Source: Carcharhinus longimanus
Lineage: Eukaryota
NCBI GenBank assembly: GCA_030264375.1
Contig: JASCQW010000177.1
Span: 5,952,202 to 6,016,201, forward strand
Reading direction: 5' to 3'
DNA length: 64,000 nucleotides
A program made the translations under genes and the position numbers. The notes under the pieces were generated by a model that was given only the letters and a program-made list of their open reading frames with translations, was not told the origin of the DNA and searched no databases. Within the stretch, counting starts at the first letter, position 1; every line of letters starts with the position of its first letter. Positions 25,081-37,894 of the stretch are shown here, in pieces.

Positions 25081-26353
25081 TGAATGTATGAAGCTCTTTT
25101 CTTAATATCAAAGCCCTGAGGGGGAAATAACTCAATGCAAATGGGTTTCAAGCCCATAATTATTCCAATTATACATTTGATCAAATTTGATAGAACCCAA
25201 CAATATATTTAAGCTGTAATCAATTATATAAATAGGAATTAGATCAAAAATGTGTTTGGCCTAGTCTTAACATTTGTTCTTGGACAGTTTTCCATGGGTA
25301 CAATCCAGTGTCCCATCCTCGACTACAATAAATTCAGGCTGTTAGGGATAATGTTTTAAATACCATCATAAAAAGCAGATTTATGGAAAACAGTGTATGA
25401 GAATAAGGATTGGAATCAAAAGATGCTGACAGAACAGTCAAAAAAATTGAAGTTACAGATATGTTTGACTCCAAACTTTTAAGAACCAATCAAATAAAAG
25501 TTGGGTTTCAATGGTGATATGAGAGAAAGTCGACATGAAAGGATTATAAATGAAACAGAGCAGGGAGAAGTGATCAGGGACATCATTGCTGTGTGCGGTT
25601 AAACAGCGATGCTCATTAGTTGAGCTGCATGGCCTATTACTGTTGGACTTTAACCTGGTATTGTGCGACTTTTTACATGCCCATTACTGTGTCACAATTT
25701 GTTTGTAGCACTGTGCAATCCAAGCAAGTGTGGGGAGCCCTTGTTAAATCAGGCAAAGGTGTGGGATGAATAGAAAAAATGAAGTTGCCTCAAATTTAGA
25801 GTACAGTACTTGCAGGTGAAGACAGCATTTCCACATGAACATTCCAGCACCCTGTGCTAAAAGGTCAAAACATCCAGAGTAATCAGCTGGGAAGGGAATT
25901 AGAAACATGCAGAAAATAATGGAGTGTCAAATAGGCAATGCTATCAATAATTCAGCTAGCACAGAGAGCCAATTTCAAATAGTTCATAAACACCGGATGC
26001 AATGGCACTTTTAACCTGCGGAATATTTGTTATTGTAAAGGTATACATACATTTTAGGGAGAAAAAGTATTCAGAATTTGAGTCTTTTACCAAAGCTTGA
26101 TCTGAGAACATTCATTGATCGTTAACAATATAATCATAAGAATATGTGCTGCTAATAGCGATCATTGTACTTTGCAGTTATTAAAAATTCCTCGATTTAC
26201 ACAAAAAATTGTAACTCATTTACCGTTAGGAAATTATTTCACAGCTGTTTATTTTCTGTACATTCACCTGCCTAAAATAAACATACAGGTATGGTGAATG
26301 CCAGGTATGAAAATCTACCTGCAATCGCTTTATTTCTACACCTTGAGTAGTAC

Positions 26354-26560
26354 CTGTTCTTGAAGTTCAGCTAGCCTCTGCGCCCGCTCCTCCTCAGAAT
26401 CATCTGTGCTACTGTCACTATCAGAAGAACTGTCACTGCTGCTGTCACTCGAGGACGAGGATGACACCTGGTTGGTCGGAGGCGGCACGGGAGGAGGAGA
26501 TGGAACAACTGGTTCAACAGGCTCATCTGGCATTTTTGCAAAACGCATCTCAAACACATC
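26354..26560 (-). CDS. brd4: BRD4 exon 8: end of BD2, Ser-rich NPS phospho-cluster and start of motif B
   Basis: tctttccag|GAT ... CAG|gtacta; 207 nt, phase 0-0; [14 protein letters not shown] ... [24 protein letters not shown]. Confidence 0.97.
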
Positions 26561-27789
26561 CTGGAAAGAAAACAAAAATTCCAAAAATATGAAAGCATAC
26601 TTCTGCCTCCTTGATGTGTTTTGGTCTACAAGGTTGCATTCGGGAATGCAGCTTTTTTATACGCCGTATATAAAAGGGTGACAAAGTAATTCACAATTCA
26701 ACACATTGGTATTAAGCCTTGACCACATTATCACCACATAGCAAGTATACTGCTCTTCAAATTCATCATTTACCACACAACAAATCCTCAACTTAAGATG
26801 TCAAGGTGAAGCATTTTCTCACACAAGCAAAAAGAAACTAGACAGCAAGTTGAGCCTGCCAATATCACTTCCTTGAGCGGTTCGCTTGTCAGTAGAGGTA
26901 ACCTCTGCTTCCTGTGGTTGGGNNNNNNNNNNNNNNNNNNNNNNNNNNNNNNNNNNNNNNNNNNNNNNNNNNNNNNNNNNNNNNNNNNNNNNNNNNNNNN
27001 NNNNNNNNNNNNNNNNNNNNNNNNNNNNNNNNNNNNNNNNNNNNNNNNNNNNNNNNNNNNNNNNNNNNNNNACAAAGGTTGCAGTGAGCACACTGGTGCA
27101 AATTATCTCTTAATTGGAGACTTAGCACCAGTTAGTTTAGAAAAGCAGTTTGGAAAGCTAATTGCTATCCAGGTTTTCCTAGGCTGAATATATGGAAGAC
27201 TGTTGAAGCTCTAAAACATGTGAATTTAATGTAGGGTGATGTTGCCTTAAGTACTGTCTCTCATTCAGTTTTATGTCTTCCTTAATGATTGCTTGTGCAA
27301 GAAGTAATCATAACAGTTATACTAAAAGGAAACTATTCACTGCATTGTGCTTATTTTAGTGGGTGATCATCAACTGGGCTTGTGTTCTAACCCAAGTTCC
27401 CTATTGCTTTCCCATATAATTTTAAATTCTTCCTTTTCAAATACGCTTCACTTTATAGTTCTTACATTCCACATCACAATAATCTCAACGATCCCTCTTG
27501 CTCATTTGTTACCAATTGGCCAGTGGAAATAATCTGTCACTATTTATCTTTCATACTTTTAATATCCTATTAGAATGATCCTCAACCATTTCTTTTTCAG
27601 TTAACACAATTTTCAATCATTCTTTATGACTTTTGATTCCCAGTTCCTTAAGTGTTTTACTAGTGTCCCCTTTTCACAGCTCTTACTGTAGCATAAGCAG
27701 AAACAAACACCATCTTCCACTGTCTCCAGAAAAATAGCAGGTAGTAATTCATCATAATTAACTTACACTTTCATTTACAATGATTCAAT

Positions 27790-28200
27790 GTGTGAAGATA
27801 CATTTATTTGTCATCGTTCACATCCTCAGGATCTCCCAAAGTGCTTTGCAACCAAGCCATTTGTTTTTTAAAAGAGCAAACAGAGAATACAGGTAAAAAG
27901 AGCAATTTGCACAAAGTAACATTCTACCTACAATAAGATAGACTTTGAATGGTATTAATGGAGGAAAAATTGTTGGCGAGGTATTCTTGTTTCTCTTTGA
28001 ATAGAAACGTGAGATTTTAAGTCCAACTGAGTGGATTGTTGAAGTCACCAATGTATGATCTGAAAGATGGCATCTCTTACAATGGAGGTGAGTGTCAGTA
28101 CGAACTGTCAATCTAAAGTCTTTGGGTTGTCAACTTGAGTCTCCGGATGGTATCATGAACCTTCCATCACAGCAGCATGAGTGTGATCACTGAGTCTATA
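27790..28200 (-). mobile_element. DeuSINE/SacSINE1-like SINE, degraded
   Basis: cacatcctcaggatctcccaaagtgctttgcaacca tail and ctgaaagatggcatc 5S-related segment, antisense to 41055-41458. Confidence 0.65.
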
Positions 28201-28400
28201 TCGATACTTCAACTTCCAAAATCATTAATTTTTTTTTCAACTCAAGAATGTGAATTCACAACAAAGAATTAGCAGAGTTACCTTCATTCTATCAAACCAG
28301 TTATCTTTAAACAATTTACATTTATAGAGCATCTTGAAGACGGATTAACTAGCAGGCTTTACAGACCAATGGACAAATTCATTGCAATTCATCTCTTTCA

Positions 28401-28544
<144 letters not shown>

Positions 28545-31500
28545 CTAGAAGCAAGACAGGAGGAATGTCAATACTCATAAGATGTTTTGTGAATTGTAAG
28601 CAAATCATTTAAAAACTATTAAATATTTTAAAGTGCCTTTTATCAATACTGTTGGGACAAGGGAACGATTTCCAATCAAAAAGACAGTCACAAAAAATTC
28701 TGGAGGGGGAACTTAGAGTTAAGATCTAGGCAACGGGTCCTCAACTGTAGGCTGGAATTTAACTATATCAAAACTATTAGAATCAGTGTACCCAACAAGG
28801 ATCTACAATTCCAGAGCAACAGCATAGGTCAAATACATGGATGGGAAAGGTTTAAGTGGGATAGGGGCCAAACACAGGCAAAGGGGACTAGTTCAGTTAA
28901 GGAAATCTGGTTGGCATGGACGAATTGGGCCAAAGGGTCTGCTTCTGAGCTGTACATCTGACTCTAATCGCATGATCTGACTGAATCCTTTCAGATAGTG
29001 ACAATATAGCACAAAACAGCATGCTGCTGACTCAATATTTTTAAGGCTTTTTAAGCACTGCATTCTTCAGTAGAGAATGTGGTTCTAATTTGAAATGTAA
29101 AAACTGTATCTCTTTATACAAATTAGCTTCACAAACAGCAGACAGAAATGCACAAAACAAGATTCTCTCAATACTACCCCAGTATTCCTCTCCTCGCATA
29201 TAAAGAAATATCCAACGGTGTCTTTCCCTAAAGTTCATACAAAGTGCATTATGCAAAAGTCTCACTTCAATTAACCCATTTTACTGCTTCAGTGCTCTTC
29301 ATAGTCTCAATGTTTTGAAACACAGAACGAAAGGCTCTAGAACAATGGTCCCTTCCCCTCCTCCCACACCCAAAGAAATTCTACTTAGCTTCATGAACTA
29401 CAACTAACTACCTCTTCCTTCTCCCAAATGAAGCACAATGTTTGCTAATGACACCCACATGTTCCTAAAATGTTAATACAAGGTCTTTACAGCCTTCCCT
29501 TGCAGATATAATCTGATAATTCAATGCTGCATGGAACATTAATTTTCAAGCTACATAACAAAGACCTGTCTGAGAACAGAAGTGATATTTATGCATCTCC
29601 CAGTGCTACTTGCAGGTCCCCAGCTGACAAAAGTTATGAACAATTACCTATTCTATGCCTTCCCCTCTTTTCGATATCCCTTTCTTGCCTCTCAAGTCCC
29701 GATGTTGGTTTACCACCTTTCCCTTCATAAAAGGCAGCACATGCTGCCCTGCTTCATCAAAAATTGAAAACAAGGCTCTGAGGAAAGCCTTGTATTTTTA
29801 GTGCATTGTTCCAGACTTCAGGATATCCCAAATCACTTTACAACCAATTAAGGTCTCTTGAAGCGTAGTAATTGTAGTAATGTCGTAAACGATTCAGCCA
29901 ATTTGCACACAGCAAATTAGAGTGATGCAATAGCAGTTTATCTTCAGAAAGTAGAAATTCCCAGTACAGAGACATGGACTCCATTAAATACCCACATTTA
30001 AATATCCTGTCTGTATTTCTGAACAACTGAGCACATTGTTATTGATATAAAATGTGAAATGATTAATTCCACGGAGGCACAAAGGGCCTGTGAAATGGTT
30101 GTGGTTAGCCAATAGGACTACTAGAAAGTAATAGATTTTAAAAAGTGAATTAAGATTTTTTTAAAGTTTGGGTTATGTTATTCATTGGCCAGCAAGGTTG
30201 ATAGTTATACTTTGCCAGCCAGTCATGTCATTACTGGCTGGCAAAATTGCTCAAAGCAACATTTTACTTATAAGTAGATCTCAAACAAATATACAATTAT
30301 GAAATAATTTAGTGATGGATCATTTGTTCCAAATTAAGCTGAGACGCACAATTTTGCAACACTGGGGCATTATAGAAAATTACCAAGTAAACGCCACTTG
30401 ATTTCGTAAGTAAACTATCAATCCAGCTCACAACTTCAAACATTTGAAAGACTATATTTCAGAATCAACAGACAACCATGTGAACCTTCAAAATACGATA
30501 CAACATCCAATGTAAAGCCTAAATGAAATCCAAAAAAGCTTCAGAGTGCTTCATCTCCCAGAATGAATATGCGTAAATGACAAAGTCCAAGTTAGCAAAA
30601 CACTCCAGTCTTTTATTCCAGCATCTGCTGGGTTGATGGTGTGTACGTTTACTCTAACCCCTCTCCTTTCTCATTTTTTGATTCCTGAATCACGTGAAGA
30701 TTCAGTTTATCGTACAGCTTAAAACACACTCCCACTCTCCCAAGTTTCATTTCACTTCTGTACTATTCCTCCACCTAGACTAATATCTGGTCTGAATTGT
30801 ACTCTATTACACTTCAGCCATTTCAACATTCTCCATCACAGGTGAGGCTATTAACATCACCTTCCACATGCAGCAAATCAATGTTTTATAAAAAGCCAAC
30901 ACAAGAACAATGGGTCAAATGGCCTCTGTGTTGTACAAGAACATCATTTTTCAGACTTCACCAAAGTCCAAGTAATTGCTCCTGAAATAACCAAATTTCA
31001 AATTTAACCCTCAACTCTCTGCAATGGGTTGTGATTATATAAATGAAAAAAAGATTTAAAAAATGCAAGGCATGATATTAATTCATTAATGATTTTGAGG
31101 ACCTTAGCAGTTAATTCTCTAGTCTTCTCATCTCACACAAGATTTAAATGGCACAACAGCCTTGCCATTTTGTTCACCACAAAAGCAAGCCAAAAGCACC
31201 TCGAGGGAGGAGCATTGAAAGCAGAGGCATCAAGAATAGGATCAAAATAGTGTAGAGGCAGTCAAGAGACGAAGAGCTAAAAAGCACTGAACTGAGTGAG
31301 ATCAAAGATATGAAATCAAAGCATCTCCAAGAAGTATCCCAAAGTCTGTGCTGTCTTTGTAAAACAGCTGCAAGTTGCAAGCATTTGCATTTGTTTTAAA
31401 TTTGAAACTTCTAGGCTGTAAAGGAGACTGGCTCACAATAAAAGCAATCTTCAACAACACCACAATCCAGCTGGTTAAACCATTCTCACACAAGCCCAGT

Positions 31501-32427
31501 AAGAAAATCATCCCATGTAATCAAACTACAGAGCTACAAGCTACACTCAGTGATAAGTCTGCAATGCTCATATCTTGCAGTATGGTATTAAGACTTACAA
31601 CACTGAAGTGAAATGGCAGATCTGTGGTGTTCAAGTTTAAAAATAAATGGAAGCAAACAATTTTAATTGTAGAGTAAGATCAGTTAAATTTTCAATTACA
31701 TGCACTTGATTATTGCAAATACACATTTTGATGCTCACAAATAACATACTTGCACTGTGAACTGTTTCAAGTATTCATGCCATTTTCTTAATTGTGGCAT
31801 TATCTAATGAAAGCAAACTGTAAAAAACCATATTATCACTGATTCTCACCCAGAATTCATTAGAGAAAAAAATCTACTGTACTTAATGCATTTAAGGTTA
31901 TACTGGGATTCTCTGCAACACAGGAGATATGGCTCAAATCATTTGATAGAACGAGAAGCATCAAAAGGGTATGTATTCAGGGAAAGTAGAAAAGAAAGAA
32001 TGGAAACAGAAACAGAGAGATAACTATGGAGGTTTTTTTGCTATGTTTGGCATTGTCGCTATCGCAGAATTTACAGTCTGCTACAGAACAGTAATGGCAC
32101 AGATAATGTTACCATGCCACAATTAAATTATTCATAGATTTGAGTTTTATGATTACAGGATCAGTAGCTCTTTTTGACAGATTCATTGACTAACAAACTC
32201 GTGCATTTTCAATCGATGAAAGTGATAGCTACCTTCTCCAGCAATCTTGCAATTTTAAGACCTTTAAATATCTTAGTGATGTTCCCAAACAATCAAATAT
32301 TATTCACGTTCTGTTCCAGTAGCTTTGTTACAATCACTGACTACCAGCAATCACTTCACCCATCTGATTGTCCTGCATTTGAGGTCATCTCAGACCAATG
32401 CCAGTAAAGGCAGACAATAAGCATCAG

Positions 32428-32712
32428 CGAGCACCCACAGTGGTTAGCACTGCTGCCTCACAGCACCAGGGACCCGAGTTCAATTCAATTTGTGTTGAGT
32501 TTGCATGTTCACCCTGTATCTGCGTGGGATTTCTCTGGGTGCTCCAATTTCCTCCCAAGATGTGCAGGTTAGGTGGATTTGCCATGCTAAATTGTCCATT
32601 GATTAGCCTTGGTAAATGTGCAGGGTTATGGTGACTGGAGGGGACTGGGTGTGATGCTCTGTCAGTGTCAATGGGATGGATGGTCTCCTTCTGCGTTGGA
32701 GGGATTCCAATG
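32428..32712 (+). mobile_element. HE1/V-SINE-like SINE
   Basis: cagtggttagcactgctgcctcacagcaccagggacccgagttcaatt...gagtttgcatgttc...gccatgctaaattg. Confidence 0.9.
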
Positions 32713-33488
32713 AATAAATGGCTCATTTTTTTCAATTTGTGAAAATGCAGCCTTTAGGTTTTTAATCACAATTAATACAAATGAATAATGCCATGGGAAT
32801 AAATCACATAACTGATCCATAGTCAACATACCCCTTGCAGCCATGTTTGGTGGTCAGAACACTTGATAATGTTTTTCAGAATTTCCCCAAGGGTTTAACT
32901 ATGTAGCACACGGATGGCTAGTGGGTTAACAAAAACACAACTACCGAACATAAAAATTCATCTCAAAACTCACATCCGTAAGTAACTAGGAAATCTAGGG
33001 AAAGTTGCTCAAGCTGTGACAGCAATATGCAACATGAGTTTCTGAAAGGAGAACAGAGACCTAGTAACACTTACCTTCAAATCTATTCTCAACCTCTGTT
33101 GAACTGTTGAAAATTTACAATTTCAAAAGCTGCGTAACAGAAATAGAACAGCCTAAAAACTAATTTATTTAATTTCACAAGTGGTTCAAACGATATTTGT
33201 TCCGAGTATCCAATTACATTCCAATGTAATACTCTCATTGCCAGGTTTGTCATTCTTGTAGAGGAAAAATATGAAGAAATTGCTCCCTGGAACCTCGGTA
33301 AAACTTCGACACATTAGAAATAGAATTGGATGTGGTCAGTCAACCCAAATAGGTGTCTTCAATTAAAGGCAGATGGAATTCCAGGAGGTAATACAGCCCT
33401 CAAAACCATCAATAAAATCTATCTCGCCTTTTCCAGTTGACATAAATTAGTAGTTGTTTGGTAGTACACAACTTGAGGAAAACAATAC

Positions 33489-33837
33489 ATTTTTTGTTGA
33501 AGCCATTTATCTTTCACTCCTGAGGACATCCGCAAAGATACAAATTTGTACTGTTCAAGAAGAATGCACGGATTGGCAAGTAGTCTTACATTGTTAAATG
33601 TGTTGCCATGGAGAATGCACCAGTTGATGGCAGCTGACAGTTAACTTAAACAATGCTTAGCAATTAGCGGTCAGTCACCAACTGGTGCATTCTCCATGGC
33701 TACACCGCTGACAATTAAAGTCCACTTGCCAATCAATCAGCACACTCTTGTCATGCAGCCTAATTTGTTGATTTCTCTTGGATTGTATTTTTGAGAGTGT
33801 TCTGATGAGTGCAAGATAAACAGCTTCAACAAAAAAT
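33489..33837. repeat. ~350-bp imperfect palindrome with hammerhead-like motifs near both ends
   Basis: Ends attttttgttgaagc / gcttcaacaaaaaat; perfect 22-bp inner inverted repeat 33605-33626 / 33679-33700; gattggcaagt / acttgccaatc; CTGATGA at 33802. Confidence 0.9.
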
Positions 33838-33887
33838 CTTTTATTTTCAGTAATAAATCAGTGGCAAAATTTTGTCCACAAGCTCAC

Positions 33888-34162
33888 TAGAATCGTAGAA
33901 TCCCTATAGTACAGGAGGCAGCCATTCGGCTCATCGAGTCTGCACCAACCACAATCCCACCCAGGCCCTATTCCCGCAACTCCACGTATTTACCCTGCTA
34001 ATCCCCTGACACTAGGGTCAATTTAGCATGGCCAATCTACCTAACCCGCATATCTTGGAAGGAACCTGGAGAACTCTGAGGAAACCCACACAGACAATGG
34101 CCCAAGATTGGAATTGAACCTGCATCCCTGGCACTATGAGGCAGCAGTGCTAACCACTGTGA
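33888..34162 (-). mobile_element. HE1/V-SINE-like SINE
   Basis: tagaatcgtagaatcc tail through ggcagcagtgctaaccactgtg head, in reverse orientation. Confidence 0.9.
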
Positions 34163-36355
34163 AACCTATTATTTAAAGGCTGCGATGTTGGCTGGGGAAA
34201 TAAAGTGGATATTTTCCCCCATGAATTTAGGCCTCATGACATCATGTCCAGTGCTTCATAAATATTAAAATGCACAAACACAAATGTGTTAAGATGGTTT
34301 TCCTATTCTGGCACTGTGGCAGTAGGCTGAATGGTTACTCCCATGCCTTACTGATTTGATTCTGTCTATTAATTTTGAAGGCAAAGTAAGTAGACTGGCT
34401 GACTTTAAAAACTGCCCACCTTAAGCACATCCTAGTTATCTATTTTTCACCTTATCCAATTTGCCCATTACCTTTGTCTTTCCTGTGACACTTGTAGCAT
34501 CCTCCTTTTTTGTAAAGGCAATATATGCGTACCTGCTTAGTGCTGATGCTTTTATGTAAAACCAGTACTTAAATAAACTGTAGTGCAAAGGAATTTCATG
34601 ATTGTGCTGATAAATTTGATGCTGCTGAAATCAAGTGCAATCTTCAAACTTTTTAAATTTTGCTGACTTTCTCCTATTTCAATTGACTCCCAGTTTTTTG
34701 ACTCACCAGTCCAAGCACTTCCTAGCTAGTCACACAGACCAGTTATCTCACCCGAACACTAGCAAAGATGCCTGGATTCAATCTCATACTCGAACTCAGC
34801 ATCACCTCCCAAGATTTGGAATGTTATAGAATCAAGGGCAAGGTTAAAAATAAATTCAAAGAGCAGTGAATAAATCAAACCAATACCGTCCGCTCAATAA
34901 AGCTTTTGCACTGCCACACAAGTGCACTGTTCCAAATACACACGTTGATTTGAGTCGACATCAAAATGAAATTTGCATTAGATTCAGATACTAATCCGTT
35001 AGCAATTTAATGCTTCATTGCCTCAAACAACCTATGCAAAAAAATGACCAAGCTCATTAATAAGGCAGATGGAGAAAGCATATTACATTTATCAAATTGT
35101 AAATAAATACTGTAATGACTTAACTACTGCAATCTTGCTACAGATGTGCGCAAAAGTGAACCTAGTGAGTAGTAGTGGGATTAACCTATTGTATTATTTG
35201 GTTTTGAACACTAAAGGATTCACTTACTACAGTTGATATATAACATTCAGAACTCCAAATTCATGCATTTCTCATCCTGTCATTTCTAAAGGGAGGGCAT
35301 GTGCCGAGAGAAATCAGATAATAATCAGCTTTTATTTGGAATCAGGGCTAAGGCTAGACTGTGGGCATCATTCTCGGATTGTCATTTACAAACACACATG
35401 AAGACAATGTTAGATGTAGCTCATCATTAACCCTCAGTAAGACGATATCACACGACAGTTTTTCTGCTTCACAAACCAGACTGACTACAAAGTGGCCAGT
35501 CGCGCTTAACTTCTCAAGTCGAAATAAAACCCACACAGCAGTCATCCGTTCAATATTCTCTTTATAAGCACTTATTAAAAAATGGGAGGAAATTCCTATT
35601 TTGGTAAAGAAAATTAGGATGGGGAACCAAAAGTAAACCATACTTGTGACTTACCAATTTCTTTTGTGGGCAAACTCGAAATACAAATTTAATATTCACA
35701 AACAGTTCAACTTTCAGTTAAGATTTAGGGTCAACAGGGGTTAGGAGCGCTTGCTAAGGCACTTGATGCAATGCATAAAGTTTACTGAAAATTGCACTTA
35801 ATCCAATTACTTTGCATGAATGAATAAGGTTGTCTTGGTTGTTAAACAATGGAACTCTTGGCCTCTGTGATTACCTGATAGTTTGTAGTTCTTTTCATTT
35901 TAAATTCTTACTCTCTTCAATTTTATCAATTTCAGATCATGCATTTATAAACCTCTGCTGACGAATATAAACATTAAGAAAGTAATTTTAAGTATTAGTT
36001 TAATAATCTGAACAGGACCTCAGACCAGTGGAGGTCAATGCCAAAAGGTAATAGGAATTCAAAACCCTTCTGGGTGCAATCTAGTCTTTGTACAGACTAC
36101 ATACATGCGCTTTCGAAACCAGTGTATTGCAAGATACATCAAGGCATCATCCGGTGCAATTTAAGATGGCTTTGCTTGGGACTACGCCTGCATAACGTCT
36201 CAAGGCGTACAATGTAAAGTGTCACTTAATATTTCATTAAAGAACCAATGAGATATAACAGACCTCAAAAGGATCAACAGAGGACAGATTCAATGGTGCT
36301 GTACAATCCAAGCCCTAAAGTTACAGCTACAAGAGACTGTAAGGTATTGGCTTAC

Positions 36356-36778
36356 TTTAATAGTACTGAGATCCATGGGATGTTTAATAATGTCGTGATA
36401 ATCGTGGAGTCCCAAGGCTTCTACGTCCACAGGTTTGTAGAAGGGCCAGGCATAGGCTGCGTGCTTCTTGGCGAACATTTCCTTGAGAATGCCAGTGCAG
36501 TACTTCAACTGTTCTGAAACCTTTCCACTGCCAACCACAACCCCAACACCTCCACCGCCACTACCTACAACCCCACCACCTCCACCCCCACCCTTCTCCA
36601 GATGTTGCTGCTGGGAGTCTGGCATTTCTTTCTTAGCCGGTTTTGGAGGTCTGCCGCTTCGAGATGGAATCTTTGCAGGTTTGGGTTCAGTCATTAATGG
36701 AGAAGACTCTCGACTCTTCACGGCAACATTGGTTGTTGGAGTTGTTGTGTCAGCTTTCCTTTTCACACCCTTTTTATG
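36356..36778 (-). CDS. brd4: BRD4 exon 6: motif A ([13 protein letters not shown]), Gly/Val insertion and first half of BD2
   Basis: ctctctccaag|CAT ... AAA|gtaagc; 423 nt, phase 0-0; [24 protein letters not shown]. Confidence 0.97.
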
Positions 36779-37586
36779 CTTGGAGAGAGAGAGAAAAAAA
36801 TGCATATTAAGTCCTGAACATGCCATCCTACTAGACATTATTAGCCAAACAATGCATAATGTGAAATAGACTGAAGGGGGGAGATATTAATATAGTTTAT
36901 CCTTGTGACTGGTGAAACAAACATTCTACTTTAAAATGTTCCTCTTTCGTGACAAAACTGAAAGCTTCTAAATTCTGACTGCTTCATGGAGAGGAAGGAT
37001 ATCACAAGTCAACTTTTGATAAGTTAGAAGCACAACCCAAGACAAAAGCAGATGTCAACCATAACCACACCTGGCGGACAGACATTGTCTTAAAAGCTCA
37101 CAATTTTCACAAATTGTTTCAAATGCTGCAATGCTAAGTCAGATACAGCAAAAGGAATTTAAAATACGATGACATGGTTCCCGAGAATTCCATGGGGAAA
37201 TTGCTCAGAAGTAATTCACAGTACACTCTTAGCTTAGCGAAGTACTTTGGCCTTGATTTTTTTTTTGATGTTCCCATTTTCATTAGACCTCTCACTCAAC
37301 CCAATGTCTGATCGGAAGCACTAATGATTAGTCTTCCATTGTGGGTAATCAGGAATACTACAAAAAAACTTGGCAAAGTTCTTGGTTAAAACCTATTTTT
37401 AACCAGCAGCTGGTCCACTATTCGAGAAACACTCAAGTACACTTTAAAAAACGTTGGGGCTGTGTATATTTATCAAAGATTGTACTGATTTCTCTATATA
37501 GATTTGGACCCAAAAGATTACAGCCTAAAAGAAAGAACAACACAGGGAACAAAAACTAGGGGAGAAGCTACTGAAAGGTCATCTAC

Positions 37587-37894
37587 CTTTGAAGGCTGTG
37601 ATGCTGTCGTCATTACTGTCGTTGGCGTGAGGGTCGGCATTGGGGGGGCCGATGTATGTGGCGACACGGTCGTTGTGGGTGGCTGGACAATCAGGTCAGG
37701 CGTTGCAGGAGGAAATGACTGGGGTGTGGGCGCTGGCACCGATACAGAAGGAAGCTGCGGCTGTGGTGGTGGCGGCTGAGAGGCCTGGGGTGTCCGCTGG
37801 GATGGCGGTGGCTGCTGCGTCTGTGCTGGTGCCAAGGGTGGCACGGTTGTCTGTGTGACAGTCTGTACAGTTGACATGTTGGGTTTAGACTGAA
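37587..37894 (-). CDS. brd4: BRD4 exon 5: Pro/Gln/Thr-rich inter-bromodomain linker
   Basis: tttcatttag|TT CAG ... AAG|gtagat; 308 nt, phase 1-0; contains FPPATPDLIVQ, similar to human FPAVTPDLIVQ. Confidence 0.93.

Noticed and set aside
36248-36869. Plus-strand ORFs of 89 and 133 aa (also 26406-26681, 21533-21811, 37504-37779, 61057-61535)
   Set aside because: They are antisense shadows of brd4 exons, open because of codon bias and low complexity.
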